From: Vicinamibacterales bacterium
Lineage (GTDB): Bacteria > Acidobacteriota > Vicinamibacteria > Vicinamibacterales > UBA8438
Assembly (NCBI GenBank): GCA_965207675.1
Contig: CBDBMY010000010.1
Location: forward strand, 745,000 to 808,999
Reading direction: 5' to 3'
DNA: 64,000 nucleotides
A model generated the notes under the pieces. It did no database searches, had not been told where the DNA came from, and saw only the letters and a list, made by a program, of their open reading frames with translations. This document shows, piece by piece, positions 1-9,183 of this stretch. A program made the position numbers and the translations under genes. How positions within the stretch are numbered: the stretch's first letter is position 1; each line of letters begins with the position of its first letter.

Positions 1-2
1 GC

Positions 3-458
3 TTCGACGCGTGCGTCAGCCACCGCAGCGACACCCTGGCCGGCGACCTGAAGGCGGCCTGCCCGGACGGCATCGACCTGTACTTCGAGAACGTGGGCGG
101 CAAGGTGTTCGACGCGGTGCTGCCCCTGCTCAATCAGTTCGCGCGTGTGCCGGTGTGCGGGCGCATCGCCAGCTACAACGCGACGTCGCTGCCGGAGGGT
201 CCCGACCGGGTCCCCCAGTTGATGGGGCTGGCGCTGGTTCGGCGACTGATGATCCGCGGATTCATCGTATTCGACCACGCGCACCTCGAGCCCGACTTCC
301 TGCGGGACGTGGGGGGCTGGATACGCTCGGGCGAGCTGAAGTACCGCGAACACGTCGTCGAGGGGCTCGACAACGCGGTCGGGGCGTTCCTGGGGCTGCT
401 GCGGGGCGAGAACTTCGGCAAGCTCCTCGTCCGGGTGTCCGACGATCCGACGCGGTGA
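3..458 (+). CDS. NADP-dependent oxidoreductase of the MDR superfamily (YncB/CurA/prostaglandin-reductase-like), C-terminal part; 5-prime end lies outside the window
   Basis: Frame of ORF 93..458 stays open back to nt 3. The translation FDACVSHRSD...GIDLYFENVGGKVFDAVLPLLNQFARVPVCGRIASYN...GENFGKLLVRV matches the typical C-terminal half of this family. Confidence 0.8.
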   Translation, partial: FDACVSHRSDTLAGDLKAACPDGIDLYFENVGGKVFDAVLPLLNQFARVPVCGRIASYNATSLPEGPDRVPQLMGLALVRRLMIRGFIVFDHAHLEPDFLRDVGGWIRSGELKYREHVVEGLDNAVGAFLGLLRGENFGKLLVRVSDDPTR

Positions 459-750
459 GGTGACCGGAAGGCCTCCGGACGGACTCCCCATGCCCCGGGG
501 CGGCCATGATGACCGGAAGCTCTCCCGACGGTTTCCCGATGCCAGAGGCGGCAATGCGGCGGGCCTGCGAGCGAATCGTTGGACAGTCGGGGCATACATG
601 GAAGCGAGGCGACGGGAAGCCCGCCTGACGGTTGTCGATGCCCGGGGACGGCATGAGGTGACCGGAAGCCCGCCCGGCGGTTGCCCGATGCCCGGATGAC
701 GTTGAGATGACCGAGAGTCCTTCCCGGCGGTTTCCGGACGCGCTGGTGCT
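458..750. repeat. Tandem array of ~49-bp units (5 clear copies plus 1 degenerate) that runs into the start codon of the downstream transporter gene
   Basis: Core GACCGGAAGnCnnCCCGnCGGTTnCCCGATGCCnGG starts at 462, 511, 611, 660 and 709. Spacing is 49 nt, with one 100-nt gap holding a degenerate copy. The last copy contains the ATG at 707. Confidence 0.7.
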
Positions 751-2071
751 CATCGGCGGGCTGATCCTGCTGGCCCAGGTTGCGACCTACGTGCTCCCGG
801 CCGGCGAGTTCGAGCGCGAGGGCCGGCAGGTCGTCCGAGGCACCTACCAGGCCGTCGAGGCCGAGCCGCTGCCGCTGTTGACGTTCCTCACCGCCGTGCC
901 CGCGGGCCTGGCCGCCGCGGCCGACATCATCTTCTTCATCCTCATCGTCGGCGGGGTGTTCGGGGTGCTGCGCGCCACCGGAGCGATCGACGCCCTGATC
1001 GGGCTGGCCATCGCGCGCCTCGGCGGCAGCCCGGTGCTGCTCGTCGGCGGCATGGTCACCCTGTTCGCGTTCGGGTCGTCGACGGTCGGCATGGCGGAAG
1101 AGTACATGCCGTTCGTCCCCCTCCTCGTCACCATGTGCCTGGCCCTCCGCATGGACGCGGTGGTGGCCCTGGGCATCGTCTACGTCGGGGCCGGGGTCGG
1201 CTACGCCTGCGCCGCCCTCAACCCGTTCACGGTGCTCATCGCCCAGGACATCGCGGGGCTCGAGCTGACGTCGGGGCAGGCGTTCCGCTGGCTGCTGCTC
1301 GCCGTCTGCCTCGCCGTCGGCGTCGACCACATCCTGCGCTACGCGCGCCGCCTGCGGTCCGATCCGTCGCGGAGCCTGGTGCACGACGTCTCCTACGCCG
1401 GCGGTTTCGAGATGCCGTCCGACGTCAGGCTGACCCCGGCACGGGTCGGGGTGGTGGCGGTGTTCGTGGCCGGGGTGGCGCTCTTCGTCTACGGCGTCAG
1501 CGCCCGCGGGTGGTACCTCACCGAGCTGACCGCGGTGTTCCTGGGCATCGCCCTCGCCGCCGCGGCGGTCGCGCGCATCGCCCCGAGCCGGGCGGCGGCG
1601 GCGTTCCAGGCCGGCGCGGGCGAGCTCGTCGCCACCGCCGTCATCGTCGGGTTCGCCCGCACGATACAGGTCGTCCTGACCGAGGGCCAGGTCATCGACA
1701 CGATCATCAACGGCCTCGCGACGCCGCTGCAGGCCCTGCCCGGCCAGGCCGCGGCCGTCGGCATGCTCGCGGTCCAGACCGTGTGCAACGTGTTCATTCC
1801 GTCCGGCTCGGGGCAGGCCTACGTCACCATGCCGATCATGGCCCCGCTCGCCGACCTCACCGGGCTGAGCCGGCAGACCGCGGTCCTCGCCTACCAGTTC
1901 GGCGACGGGTTCACCAACATGGTGGTGCCCACCAACCCCTTGCTGATGGGCATGCTCGCCCTGGCCCGCATCCCCTACCAGCGCTGGCTGAAATTCGTCG
2001 GCCCGCTGCTCTTGAAGCTGTACCTCGTGGCGGTTGCCGCGCTCATGCTCGCAGTCGCGATGGGGTACTGA
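707..2071 (+). CDS. YfcC/DcuC-type (C4-dicarboxylate anaerobic carrier family) integral membrane transporter
   Basis: 454-aa polytopic membrane protein. N-terminus RRFPDALVLIGGLILLAQVATYVLPAGEFERE and overall layout are typical of YfcC-family proteins. Confidence 0.8.
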   Translation: MTESPSRRFPDALVLIGGLILLAQVATYVLPAGEFEREGRQVVRGTYQAVEAEPLPLLTFLTAVPAGLAAAADIIFFILIVGGVFGVLRATGAIDALIGLAIARLGGSPVLLVGGMVTLFAFGSSTVGMAEEYMPFVPLLVTMCLALRMDAVVALGIVYVGAGVGYACAALNPFTVLIAQDIAGLELTSGQAFRWLLLAVCLAVGVDHILRYARRLRSDPSRSLVHDVSYAGGFEMPSDVRLTPARVGVVAVFVAGVALFVYGVSARGWYLTELTAVFLGIALAAAAVARIAPSRAAAAFQAGAGELVATAVIVGFARTIQVVLTEGQVIDTIINGLATPLQALPGQAAAVGMLAVQTVCNVFIPSGSGQAYVTMPIMAPLADLTGLSRQTAVLAYQFGDGFTNMVVPTNPLLMGMLALARIPYQRWLKFVGPLLLKLYLVAVAALMLAVAMGY

Positions 2072-2206
2072 CGGCGGCCGCACCGTGTCGGCGTCGCCGC
2101 GGCGGAGCACCCCCGGCGGTCGGCCTCGCGCCCGAATCCCCGCGCAAGCGCCCGATACCCGTTACAATGCACGGTTGGGGCCGGATGTCCGGCCGAGGAG
2201 AGCTTC

Positions 2207-3037
2207 ATGAGCACGAACAGCCGGTTCTTCGGCATCGTAACGGTGGCGGCGGTCGCGGTGACGGCCGGGTGCGGGGCACCCGGCGAGCCGGGGGGGGCGG
2301 AGACGGGCGCCGGCCCGGCCGCCGTCTTCGACGCGCGGCCCGACACGATTCAGCTCGTGGCCGACCCCGCGGTGCTGCCCGAGCTGTCCATGCAGGCCCT
2401 CGACGGCCGGACCATCACCACCGCCGATCTGCAGGGCAAGGTCACCCTCGTGAACTTCTGGGCGACCTGGTGCGGCCCGTGCCGGGCGGAGATCCCCGAC
2501 CTGATCCGGTTGCAGGAACGCTATCCCGACCAGTTGCAGATCATCGGCGTGTCGGAGGACGAGGGGCCGGTGGGGCTCGTCGAGCGCTTCGCCGAGCAGT
2601 ACGGCATCAACTACCCCATCGTGATGACCACGCCCGAGATCGATCGCGCGTTCCCGGGCGTGATGGCCCTGCCGACCACGTTCATCGTCGACCCCGACCT
2701 GCGGGTCGTGCAGACCCACGTCGGGCTCGTCAACCCCGGGATCTTCGAGCAGGAGACCCGCTTCCTCGCCGCCATCGACCCCGATATCACCGTCGACCTC
2801 GTCGAGGAGGACCGCCACGGCCGCCTCGTCAACGCCGCCCACGCGACGGAGATCCCCGGTATCGACCTGACGGTGCTGACCCCCGAGCAGCGGGTCACCG
2901 CGCTGCAGCGGCTCAACGAGGAGGGCTGCAACTGCGGGTGCCAGCTCACCCTCGCCCAGTGCCGCATCAACGATTCGGCCTGCGGGTTCAGCCTGCCCCT
3001 CGCCGAGGAGGTCGTCGCGGAGATCGCCGCGTCCTGA
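2207..3037 (+). CDS. TlpA/ResA-like thiol:disulfide oxidoreductase lipoprotein with an extra C-terminal Cys-rich domain
   Basis: Lipobox-like VTAGC; thioredoxin-fold motif VNFWATWCGPCRAEIPDL; SD GAGGAG upstream of the ATG. The C-terminal ~70 aa carry CNCGCQLTLAQCRINDSACGFS. Confidence 0.8.
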   Translation: MSTNSRFFGIVTVAAVAVTAGCGAPGEPGGAETGAGPAAVFDARPDTIQLVADPAVLPELSMQALDGRTITTADLQGKVTLVNFWATWCGPCRAEIPDLIRLQERYPDQLQIIGVSEDEGPVGLVERFAEQYGINYPIVMTTPEIDRAFPGVMALPTTFIVDPDLRVVQTHVGLVNPGIFEQETRFLAAIDPDITVDLVEEDRHGRLVNAAHATEIPGIDLTVLTPEQRVTALQRLNEEGCNCGCQLTLAQCRINDSACGFSLPLAEEVVAEIAAS

Positions 3038-3131
3038 GCGTTGCCTGCGCGGCTCGTTCCACTCGAGGTCGCCGACGGCGCATTGCACGAGAACGAGAGT
3101 TCCGAGACGCGCCTGACCGGCCCCCTGTCGG

Positions 3132-4299
3132 GTGCATCGTCGTGGCGCGATTCAATCTCGTCGAGTCGGCCAATGGCGCGGGCAAGATCCCACGGGCTCG
3201 GCGCATCGTCGGTGGGTCGGACCCAATGGAGCGGGGAAATCCAACCTGCACGGCTGCTGCGGGCGGCCCCGAGAGACTTGGCGGAGCCGATCAGGCAGAG
3301 GGGAGGATCTGGGAGTGGCTCTGGAAGGGCGAGGAATCGCCCGGTGTGGCGACCCGTCTACCCGCGGTACATCAAGGGGCCCTTGCGGCACACGTTGGCG
3401 GTCGCCGACAACGGCGGACGCTTGCAGGTGACCGCCGAGGAGATTGCGTACGCCGAGGATCGGCGGACGGCGCGCGCTACGATGCAGCCGGGGAGTTCGA
3501 TTGGAAGCGGAGTATCGGCCGACGGCGGCCGGCACGCTTTCGACGTGGGGGACGCGAGACATCGGAATCCCCGGGCAACGACGGTGATGACGCGGAACTC
3601 GAAGAGTCGGTCCTGTCGCAGATCCGCGATCCGCGGGTGTACCGCCTCTTGAGCGTACTGCAGAGGGAGTACGAGCGTATTCGCCTTTACCAGAACTGGT
3701 CGTTCGGGCCATCGGCGGCGCTTCGCCGGGACCGCAGTGCCCACGCAGCCAGCGATTTTCTGGACGACGGCGCCGGAAACCTGGCCCTCGTGCTCTCGCA
3801 TTTTCGAGGTTCGGCGAAGAAAGAGCTCGTGGAGGCGTTGCGCGAGCTGTTCGACGGCGTCGTGGACGTGTCCTGCCCGGTGACGGGTGGCGCCGTATCG
3901 CTCTTTCTGGAGGAACGCGGCGGGCGCCAGATTCCGGCGACGCTCCTCTCCGACGGGACGCTCCGCTATCTGAGCCTGCTCGCGATCCTGCTGCACCCCT
4001 CTCCTCCTCCGTTGATTGCCCTGGAAGAGCCGGAGCTCGGTCTGCATCCCGACGTCGTCGCGGAGGTTGGGAAGCGGCTCGTGCAGGCGTCCGAGCGGAC
4101 GCAGATCGTGGTAACGACCCATTCGCGCATCCTCGTCGACGCCCTGACGGACCATCCGTCGAGCGTCGTCGTCTGCGAGAAAGGGAACGGAGAATCGCGG
4201 TTCGAACGCCTCGACGGGGCGAGACTGAGCGCGTGGCTGGACAGGTACAGTCTGGGCGAGCTCTGGAGCTCGGGCGAGCTGGGGGGCAATCGCTGGTGA
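3132..4299 (+). pseudogene. AAA_21/ABC-type ATPase (the usual partner of DUF4276 proteins); N-terminal third disrupted by several frameshifts, C-terminal two-thirds intact
   Basis: Walker A VGPNGAGKSNL is in frame 3 (~3220). RIWEWLWKGEE is in frame 1. LRHTLAVADNGGRLQVTAEEIAYAED is in frame 2. From ~3590 frame 1 carries LSDGTLRYLSLLAILLHP (signature-like) and LIALEEPELGLHPD (Walker B) through to the stop at 4299. Confidence 0.65.
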
Positions 4300-4562
4300 G
4301 CGCCGTCATCTACATCGAAGGCGGCGGCGATCGCGACGAGAACCTCGCGCTAGACTGTTCCGCGCTTCGGCAGTGGCCCAGCCTGGAAGATGTATCCAAG
4401 GATGACGTCTTGGACGCGCTCGAGCGGGCGACCACCGGGTGCCCACGACGCTACGCCAAGGGCCCGGTCTCCTTCGAATTGCTGGAACGGGTCGTTCCCG
4501 CCCGTATCGAGGCCGAGTGCCCGCGTGCGAAGGCGCTTCTGGACTTTCTGCGAACCCTGTGA
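4296..4562 (+). pseudogene. DUF4276-like protein, apparently truncated or internally deleted (89 codons)
   Basis: GTG at 4296 overlaps the ATPase stop (GTGA). The N-terminus VIYIEGGGDRDE resembles the characteristic DUF4276 start. From memory, family members are about twice this length. Confidence 0.45.
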
Positions 4563-4699
4563 AGTGAAGGCAGACCGTTCTCACCTGCGCCCGACCGGAT
4601 GGTACTTCGCTTGGTGGCCGGGTCGTCGATGTCGTGAATCCTCCGTGTTTCGGGTTGCGCGACCCGGCCGGCCGGAAATCAAGTCCCGCCGCTGCGTCC

Positions 4700-7693
4700 T
4701 CACGAACCGGCGGCGACGGCGGCGCCGAGGGTCGAGATGGCCTCGGCGAGCATGCCCGACAGCCCGTCGAGGGTGCCGTCCACCTTCACCGACTCCACGA
4801 ACGCGCCGTCGGAGACCTGCAGCAGCCGGGCGGTCAGGCGGAGCTGTCCGCCGACGTGCTGGTAGCCGCCGGTGACGAGCCAGTCGGCGCCGCGGGCGGA
4901 CGCCACGGACAGGGCGGCGGGTCCGTCGGCGGCGCCGGTGTCGAGGGAGACCAGCGAGACGCCGGGGAAGCCGGCCATCCGCCCGGTGATCTGCGCCGCG
5001 ATGGTGTCGCTGATGGCGTCGTCGGCAGGGTTGCGCGAGATGTTGGCGAACGGGGAGACGGCGATCCGGATCGCCCGGCCCGCGGCCGGGGCGGGAACCG
5101 GATCCGGGGAGGCGGCCGCCCGCGGTGACGGAGCGGCTGCGGCTCCCGGACGCGGGGCGGCGGCTGCGCGAGGACTGGGGCCGGGCGCGGCCGCCGCCAT
5201 CCGCGGCGCCGGTGTCTCGGGCACGTGGCCGGCCAGCTCGGACCGCAGCGCCGCGATGAGCCGGCTCGTCAGGAGGTCGCGGCCGGCGACGGTGCCGTCC
5301 ACGCGGACCGATCCGAGCAGGTCGCCGGTGGCCACGTCGACGATCCGCCCCGTCACCCGTAGCTGTTCTCCGACGCGCTGGTAGCCGCCCCCCGCGAGCC
5401 AGCTCGCCTGGCTGGCCATCGCGCGCTGGATGGCGTTCGACTCGTCGCCGGGGGCCAGCAGCACCACGTCCAGGCCGGCGGCCCGCTGGAGGGCGACGCG
5501 GAGCACCGCCTGCATCTCCTCGCCGATGACGTCGTCGGCGGGGTTGCGCGACACGTTGCGGAAGGGGAGCAGGGCCACCACCGGGCGGGGAGCGCCCGCG
5601 GCGGGCGGGGCGTCGGCGCGGGCCGGCCTCGCGGCGGCGGGTGTCGTTGCATCGCCGGCGCGGGCGGGCCTTGCGGCGGTGGGCATCGGCGCATCGCCGG
5701 CGGGGGCGGCGCGGCCGGCGGGGGCGCGACCTCCGGGTCCGCCGGGCCGCATCGCGGGCGGGGCGCCGGCCGCCGGGGGCGCTCCCGGTGCGTCCGTCGA
5801 CGTCAGGCGGGCATCCCGCCGGCCGGGTCCCGCCGGGCGGGCCCCGCCGGCCGGGCCGCTCGGCGGCGCGGCTCCTGCGGCCGTGTTCCCGGGTCCGCGT
5901 CCGCCGCCGAAACCGGGTCGCCCGGGCTGGGCGCGGGCCATCCTCTCGCCGGCGCCGGCCGGGGGCGACGGTCGCGCGCCGGCACCGCCCGCCGGCGGGG
6001 CCGGGGCACCGCCGCTACGCAGCGCGGCGATGCGCTCGCGGATGGCGGCAATCTGCTCTTCGCGCGTCAGGGTCGGATCGAGCTCGAAGTCGTCGCGAGG
6101 GAGCGCCGGGGCGCGTGCGGCGCCGGCCGCCGGCCGATCGGGGCGGGCCATCTCCTGCCTCGCCGCCCTGATCGGGTCCGGCGTGCCCGCCGGCGTCCCG
6201 GCCGCGGGAACCGCGCTCGGCTCCCGCGCCGGGGCGGCGCGTCGCTCCGCCGGAGATTCCGCCGCGGGGCCGGCGCCCGGCGGCGCCGCCGGGTCCGGGC
6301 GTCGCTCCGCCGCGAGTGCGTCGGGCGGGGGCGCGGTCCGGGCGGCGTCAGCCGGGGTTGCGGTCCCCGGGGCGCCGGCCGCTGTCTCCGCCGCCGCCGG
6401 GGAAGGGGTCGCGGTCCCCGGGGCGCCGGCCGCTGTCTCCGCCGACGCCGGGGTGCCGGCCGCGGTCTCCGCGCCACCCCCGGGCGCGGGGCCGCCTCCG
6501 GCGCGCGCCATTGCCGCGGGGTCCGCCCCCGCCACCTGCACCGCCATGCCCTCGATGACGGCGTCGAGGGCCGAGATGGACACCCGCTCGCCCTCCGCGA
6601 GGCCGCCCTGCACCAGCACGTGCTCGGTCGTCGAGCGCAGGAGATCGACCTGCCGGTAGCGCAGCCGGCCGTCGTCGTCGACGATGAGGACCTGGTCGCG
6701 CCCGTTCAGCGCCGCCCACGGCAGCATGACGACGTCGTCGACGCGCCGACCGGTTATCTCCGCTTCCACGAACATCCCTACCGCCAGCGGGGGCCGGTCG
6801 GGGTCGGGGCCCGGCGCGTAGGGGTCGTCGACCTCGGCCACAACGTGGACCATCCGGCTCACGGGGTCTATCTCGCCCTCCGTGCGCACGATCCGCCCCT
6901 GCCAGGAGAACCGGCGTCCCGCGAAGTCGGCCGACAGGGTGACGGCGGGGCCGGTCTGCTGCTGCGCCCCCCGGTAGGACATCGGCACGTCGACGTAGGC
7001 CAGCTCCTCGTCGGGCAGGGGCAGGCGAACCTCGGCCGAGTCCACCGCGTAGATCCGGCCCACCGCGGTGCCGCGGTTCACGAACTGCCCGACGTCGACG
7101 TCCTTCGTCTGGACCCGCCCGGCGTAGGGGGCGCGCACCTGGGCGCGCTCGAGGTCCCGCGTCGCGCGGTCGATTGCCGCCTCGGCGGAGGCCACCGCGG
7201 CCCGGGCGTCCTCGACCTGCGGCAGCCGCAGGGTGAGGGGGGTCGCGTCGCCCTGGCCGATCTCCTCCCACTCGCGCCGGGCCACCTCCGCCTCCGCCTC
7301 TTCCTGGGCGAGCCTGAGCTGGGCCTGGGCGAGCTGCGACCGGGCCGCGATGAGCGCCTGCTGGTAGTCGTAGGGATCGATCTCCAGCAGGACGTCCCCC
7401 TCCTCGAAGAACCCCCCCACCGCGAAGGCCGGCGACACGGCGATCACCGTCCCCGCGATCTCCGGCACGAGCTGGCTCGAGGTGCGTGGCTGCACCGTGC
7501 CCTGGCTGGACACGGTGAGGTCGACGCTCTCGAACGCGACCGTCTGCACCCGCACCGCCGGCGGCGTCACCACCGGGGTCAAGGTCTCCACCGGCGGGCG
7601 GTTCGCCCACATGACGAAGGCCGCGGCGAGGGCGACGCCGAGCACGAGGATCGGGAGCAGGGCCTTGAGCAGTCGAGTGAGCATGGGTGACAT
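4700..7693 (-). CDS. Efflux periplasmic adaptor (HlyD/MFP family) fused through a long Pro/Ala-rich linker to two tandem TolB-N/LpoB-like domains
   Basis: Start MSPMLTRLLKALLPILVLGVALAAAFV (membrane anchor). The adaptor core includes VPEIAGTVIAVSPAF...GDVLLEIDPYDYQ...APYAGRV...VMLPWAAL. A low-complexity linker spans ~5600-6560. Two in-frame copies of the xxLPFxNxSRNPADD...GGYQxVGxQLRxTxRxxxVxxG module follow (5226-5583 and 4703-5075). Confidence 0.75.
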   Translation of the reverse strand: MSPMLTRLLKALLPILVLGVALAAAFVMWANRPPVETLTPVVTPPAVRVQTVAFESVDLTVSSQGTVQPRTSSQLVPEIAGTVIAVSPAFAVGGFFEEGDVLLEIDPYDYQQALIAARSQLAQAQLRLAQEEAEAEVARREWEEIGQGDATPLTLRLPQVEDARAAVASAEAAIDRATRDLERAQVRAPYAGRVQTKDVDVGQFVNRGTAVGRIYAVDSAEVRLPLPDEELAYVDVPMSYRGAQQQTGPAVTLSADFAGRRFSWQGRIVRTEGEIDPVSRMVHVVAEVDDPYAPGPDPDRPPLAVGMFVEAEITGRRVDDVVMLPWAALNGRDQVLIVDDDGRLRYRQVDLLRSTTEHVLVQGGLAEGERVSISALDAVIEGMAVQVAGADPAAMARAGGGPAPGGGAETAAGTPASAETAAGAPGTATPSPAAAETAAGAPGTATPADAARTAPPPDALAAERRPDPAAPPGAGPAAESPAERRAAPAREPSAVPAAGTPAGTPDPIRAARQEMARPDRPAAGAARAPALPRDDFELDPTLTREEQIAAIRERIAALRSGGAPAPPAGGAGARPSPPAGAGERMARAQPGRPGFGGGRGPGNTAAGAAPPSGPAGGARPAGPGRRDARLTSTDAPGAPPAAGAPPAMRPGGPGGRAPAGRAAPAGDAPMPTAARPARAGDATTPAAARPARADAPPAAGAPRPVVALLPFRNVSRNPADDVIGEEMQAVLRVALQRAAGLDVVLLAPGDESNAIQRAMASQASWLAGGGYQRVGEQLRVTGRIVDVATGDLLGSVRVDGTVAGRDLLTSRLIAALRSELAGHVPETPAPRMAAAAPGPSPRAAAAPRPGAAAAPSPRAAASPDPVPAPAAGRAIRIAVSPFANISRNPADDAISDTIAAQITGRMAGFPGVSLVSLDTGAADGPAALSVASARGADWLVTGGYQHVGGQLRLTARLLQVSDGAFVESVKVDGTLDGLSGMLAEAISTLGAAVAAGS

Positions 7694-7728
7694 CGATGTG
7701 TTCCTCCGGACGACGTCCGCGGCGCCCG

Positions 7729-9183
7729 TCAGTCGGCGGAGCCGGGAATGGCCGGCGCCTCGTCGAACCCGCCGCCGAGCGCGAGATACAGGTCCACCCG
7801 GTTCTCGAGCCGTTGCCGGCGGGCCGCGATGAGGTCCCCTTCCGCCTGCAGCGCGAGCCGCTGCGACTCGAGCACGGTGATGTAGTCGTCGAGACCCGTC
7901 CGGTACCGGTCGTCGGCGATGATCTCGGCCGCGCGCGACTGCTCGGCCGATATCGCGAGGTAGCGTTCGCGTTGGAGGAGGTACTCCTCGGCCGCGAGCG
8001 CGGTCTCCACCTCGGAGAACGCCTGGAGGGCGGTGTTGGCGTATACCGCCAGCTCCTCCGCCGCGCGGGCCTCGGCGCGGTCGACGGCGGCGCGCAGGCG
8101 CCCCCCCTGCAGCAGCGGCTGGATCACGTTGCCGAGCAGGGTCCAGACGCCGAAGTCGCGCTTGACGAGGTCCTGAAGGGCGCCGGTGGCGGTGCCGGTG
8201 TTGGCGGTCAGACTGATGCGCGGGTAGAGGTCGCGTTGCGCCACCCGCAGGCGCTGCCGGGCCGCGGCGATGCGCCGCTCGGCCGCCACCAGGTCGGGGC
8301 GCCTCCGCACGAGCTCGGCCGGAAGCCCGCCGGGAATCGTCGCCGGCGTGTCGGGCAGGTCGGACGGCATCGCGATCGAGCCCGCGGCGTAGAGGCCCAT
8401 CAACACCTCGAGCTGCCGGACGGCGGCGTCGAACTGCTGTCCCCGCTGCTCGCGGAGCGCTTCGGCGTTGGCGAGGTTGGAGAGGGCCAGCCGCACGTCG
8501 AGGGCCGGCCGGATGCCCTCCTCGAACCGCTCGCGGACCTGCTCCGACGAGGCCCGGAAGCTCGCCACCGTGGCCTCGGCGAGCCGGAGCTGCTGCCGCG
8601 CCTCGGCCACCGCGAACCAGGCCTTCGTCGTCTGGCCGGCCAGCGAGAGCTGGGCGGCGCGCAGGTCGGCGGCCCGCGACTGCAGGTCGGCGAGGGCGGC
8701 CCGGGCCCCGGCGCGCAGCCGGCCCCACAGGTCGGCCTCCCAGGTGAGGTCGAGCGAGACCCCGTAGTTGGTGAAGACGGTGCTGAGCACGCGGTCCTCG
8801 GCCCCGGGAATGGGGAAGCCGATGAAGTTCTGCTTCCGCTGCGATCCGTTCAGGCCCACCTGGAGCTGCGGCTGGAGGTCGGCCCCGGCGACCCGCGAGT
8901 CGGCCAGCGCCTGCTCGAGCCGGGACGCCGCCGCCTGCAGGTCGTAGTTCTGCCGGAGCGCCGATTCCACGACGTCGTCGAGGCCGGGGTCGCCGAAGTC
9001 GGTCCACCACGTCAGCGCGGGGTCGCCGCCGGTGTCGGCGCGCGCGGTCCACGCCGCCGGGAAGTCCGGCCCGAGCGCGGGGTGGTCCGCGAGTGGGGCG
9101 GTGGCGCACCCGGCTGCGAGCAGAATCAGGCCGATCGGGGTGCCGGCCCGGTAGAGGAAGCGTGTTCTGGTCCGTGCCGCCAT
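7729..9183 (-). CDS. Efflux outer-membrane factor lipoprotein (NodT/TolC family)
   Basis: Lipobox LLAAGC. WWTDFGDPGLDDVVESALRQNYDLQAA and two OEP-type repeat halves are typical of NodT-family OMFs. The stop lies 35 nt upstream of the adaptor start. Confidence 0.85.
   Translation of the reverse strand: MAARTRTRFLYRAGTPIGLILLAAGCATAPLADHPALGPDFPAAWTARADTGGDPALTWWTDFGDPGLDDVVESALRQNYDLQAAASRLEQALADSRVAGADLQPQLQVGLNGSQRKQNFIGFPIPGAEDRVLSTVFTNYGVSLDLTWEADLWGRLRAGARAALADLQSRAADLRAAQLSLAGQTTKAWFAVAEARQQLRLAEATVASFRASSEQVRERFEEGIRPALDVRLALSNLANAEALREQRGQQFDAAVRQLEVLMGLYAAGSIAMPSDLPDTPATIPGGLPAELVRRRPDLVAAERRIAAARQRLRVAQRDLYPRISLTANTGTATGALQDLVKRDFGVWTLLGNVIQPLLQGGRLRAAVDRAEARAAEELAVYANTALQAFSEVETALAAEEYLLQRERYLAISAEQSRAAEIIADDRYRTGLDDYITVLESQRLALQAEGDLIAARRQRLENRVDLYLALGGGFDEAPAIPGSAD

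Noticed and set aside
173-4299. Long ORFs 173..2110 (-) and 1135..4299 (+), and similar ORFs elsewhere (10742..12475 -, 12827..14710 -, 21702..23579 +, 23444..25804 -, 27259..29649 +, 30104..32644 -, 38855..41662 +, 49011..52220 +, 55570..58200 -, 59847..62348 -)
   Set aside because: Their Arg/Gly/Pro/Asp-dominated translations overlap genes with clear family motifs on the other strand or frame. This is typical stop-codon-poor antisense or off-frame reading in very GC-rich DNA. Only the last ~390 codons of 1135..4299 are real (the ATPase pseudogene).
4700-9109. The single 1469-aa minus-strand ORF in the track
   Set aside because: Its first 472 residues are Arg/Pro/Gly-rich and lie out of frame over the real NodT-family gene (7729..9183). 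The adaptor clearly starts at MSPMLTRLL (7693), so this is two genes and not one giant protein.
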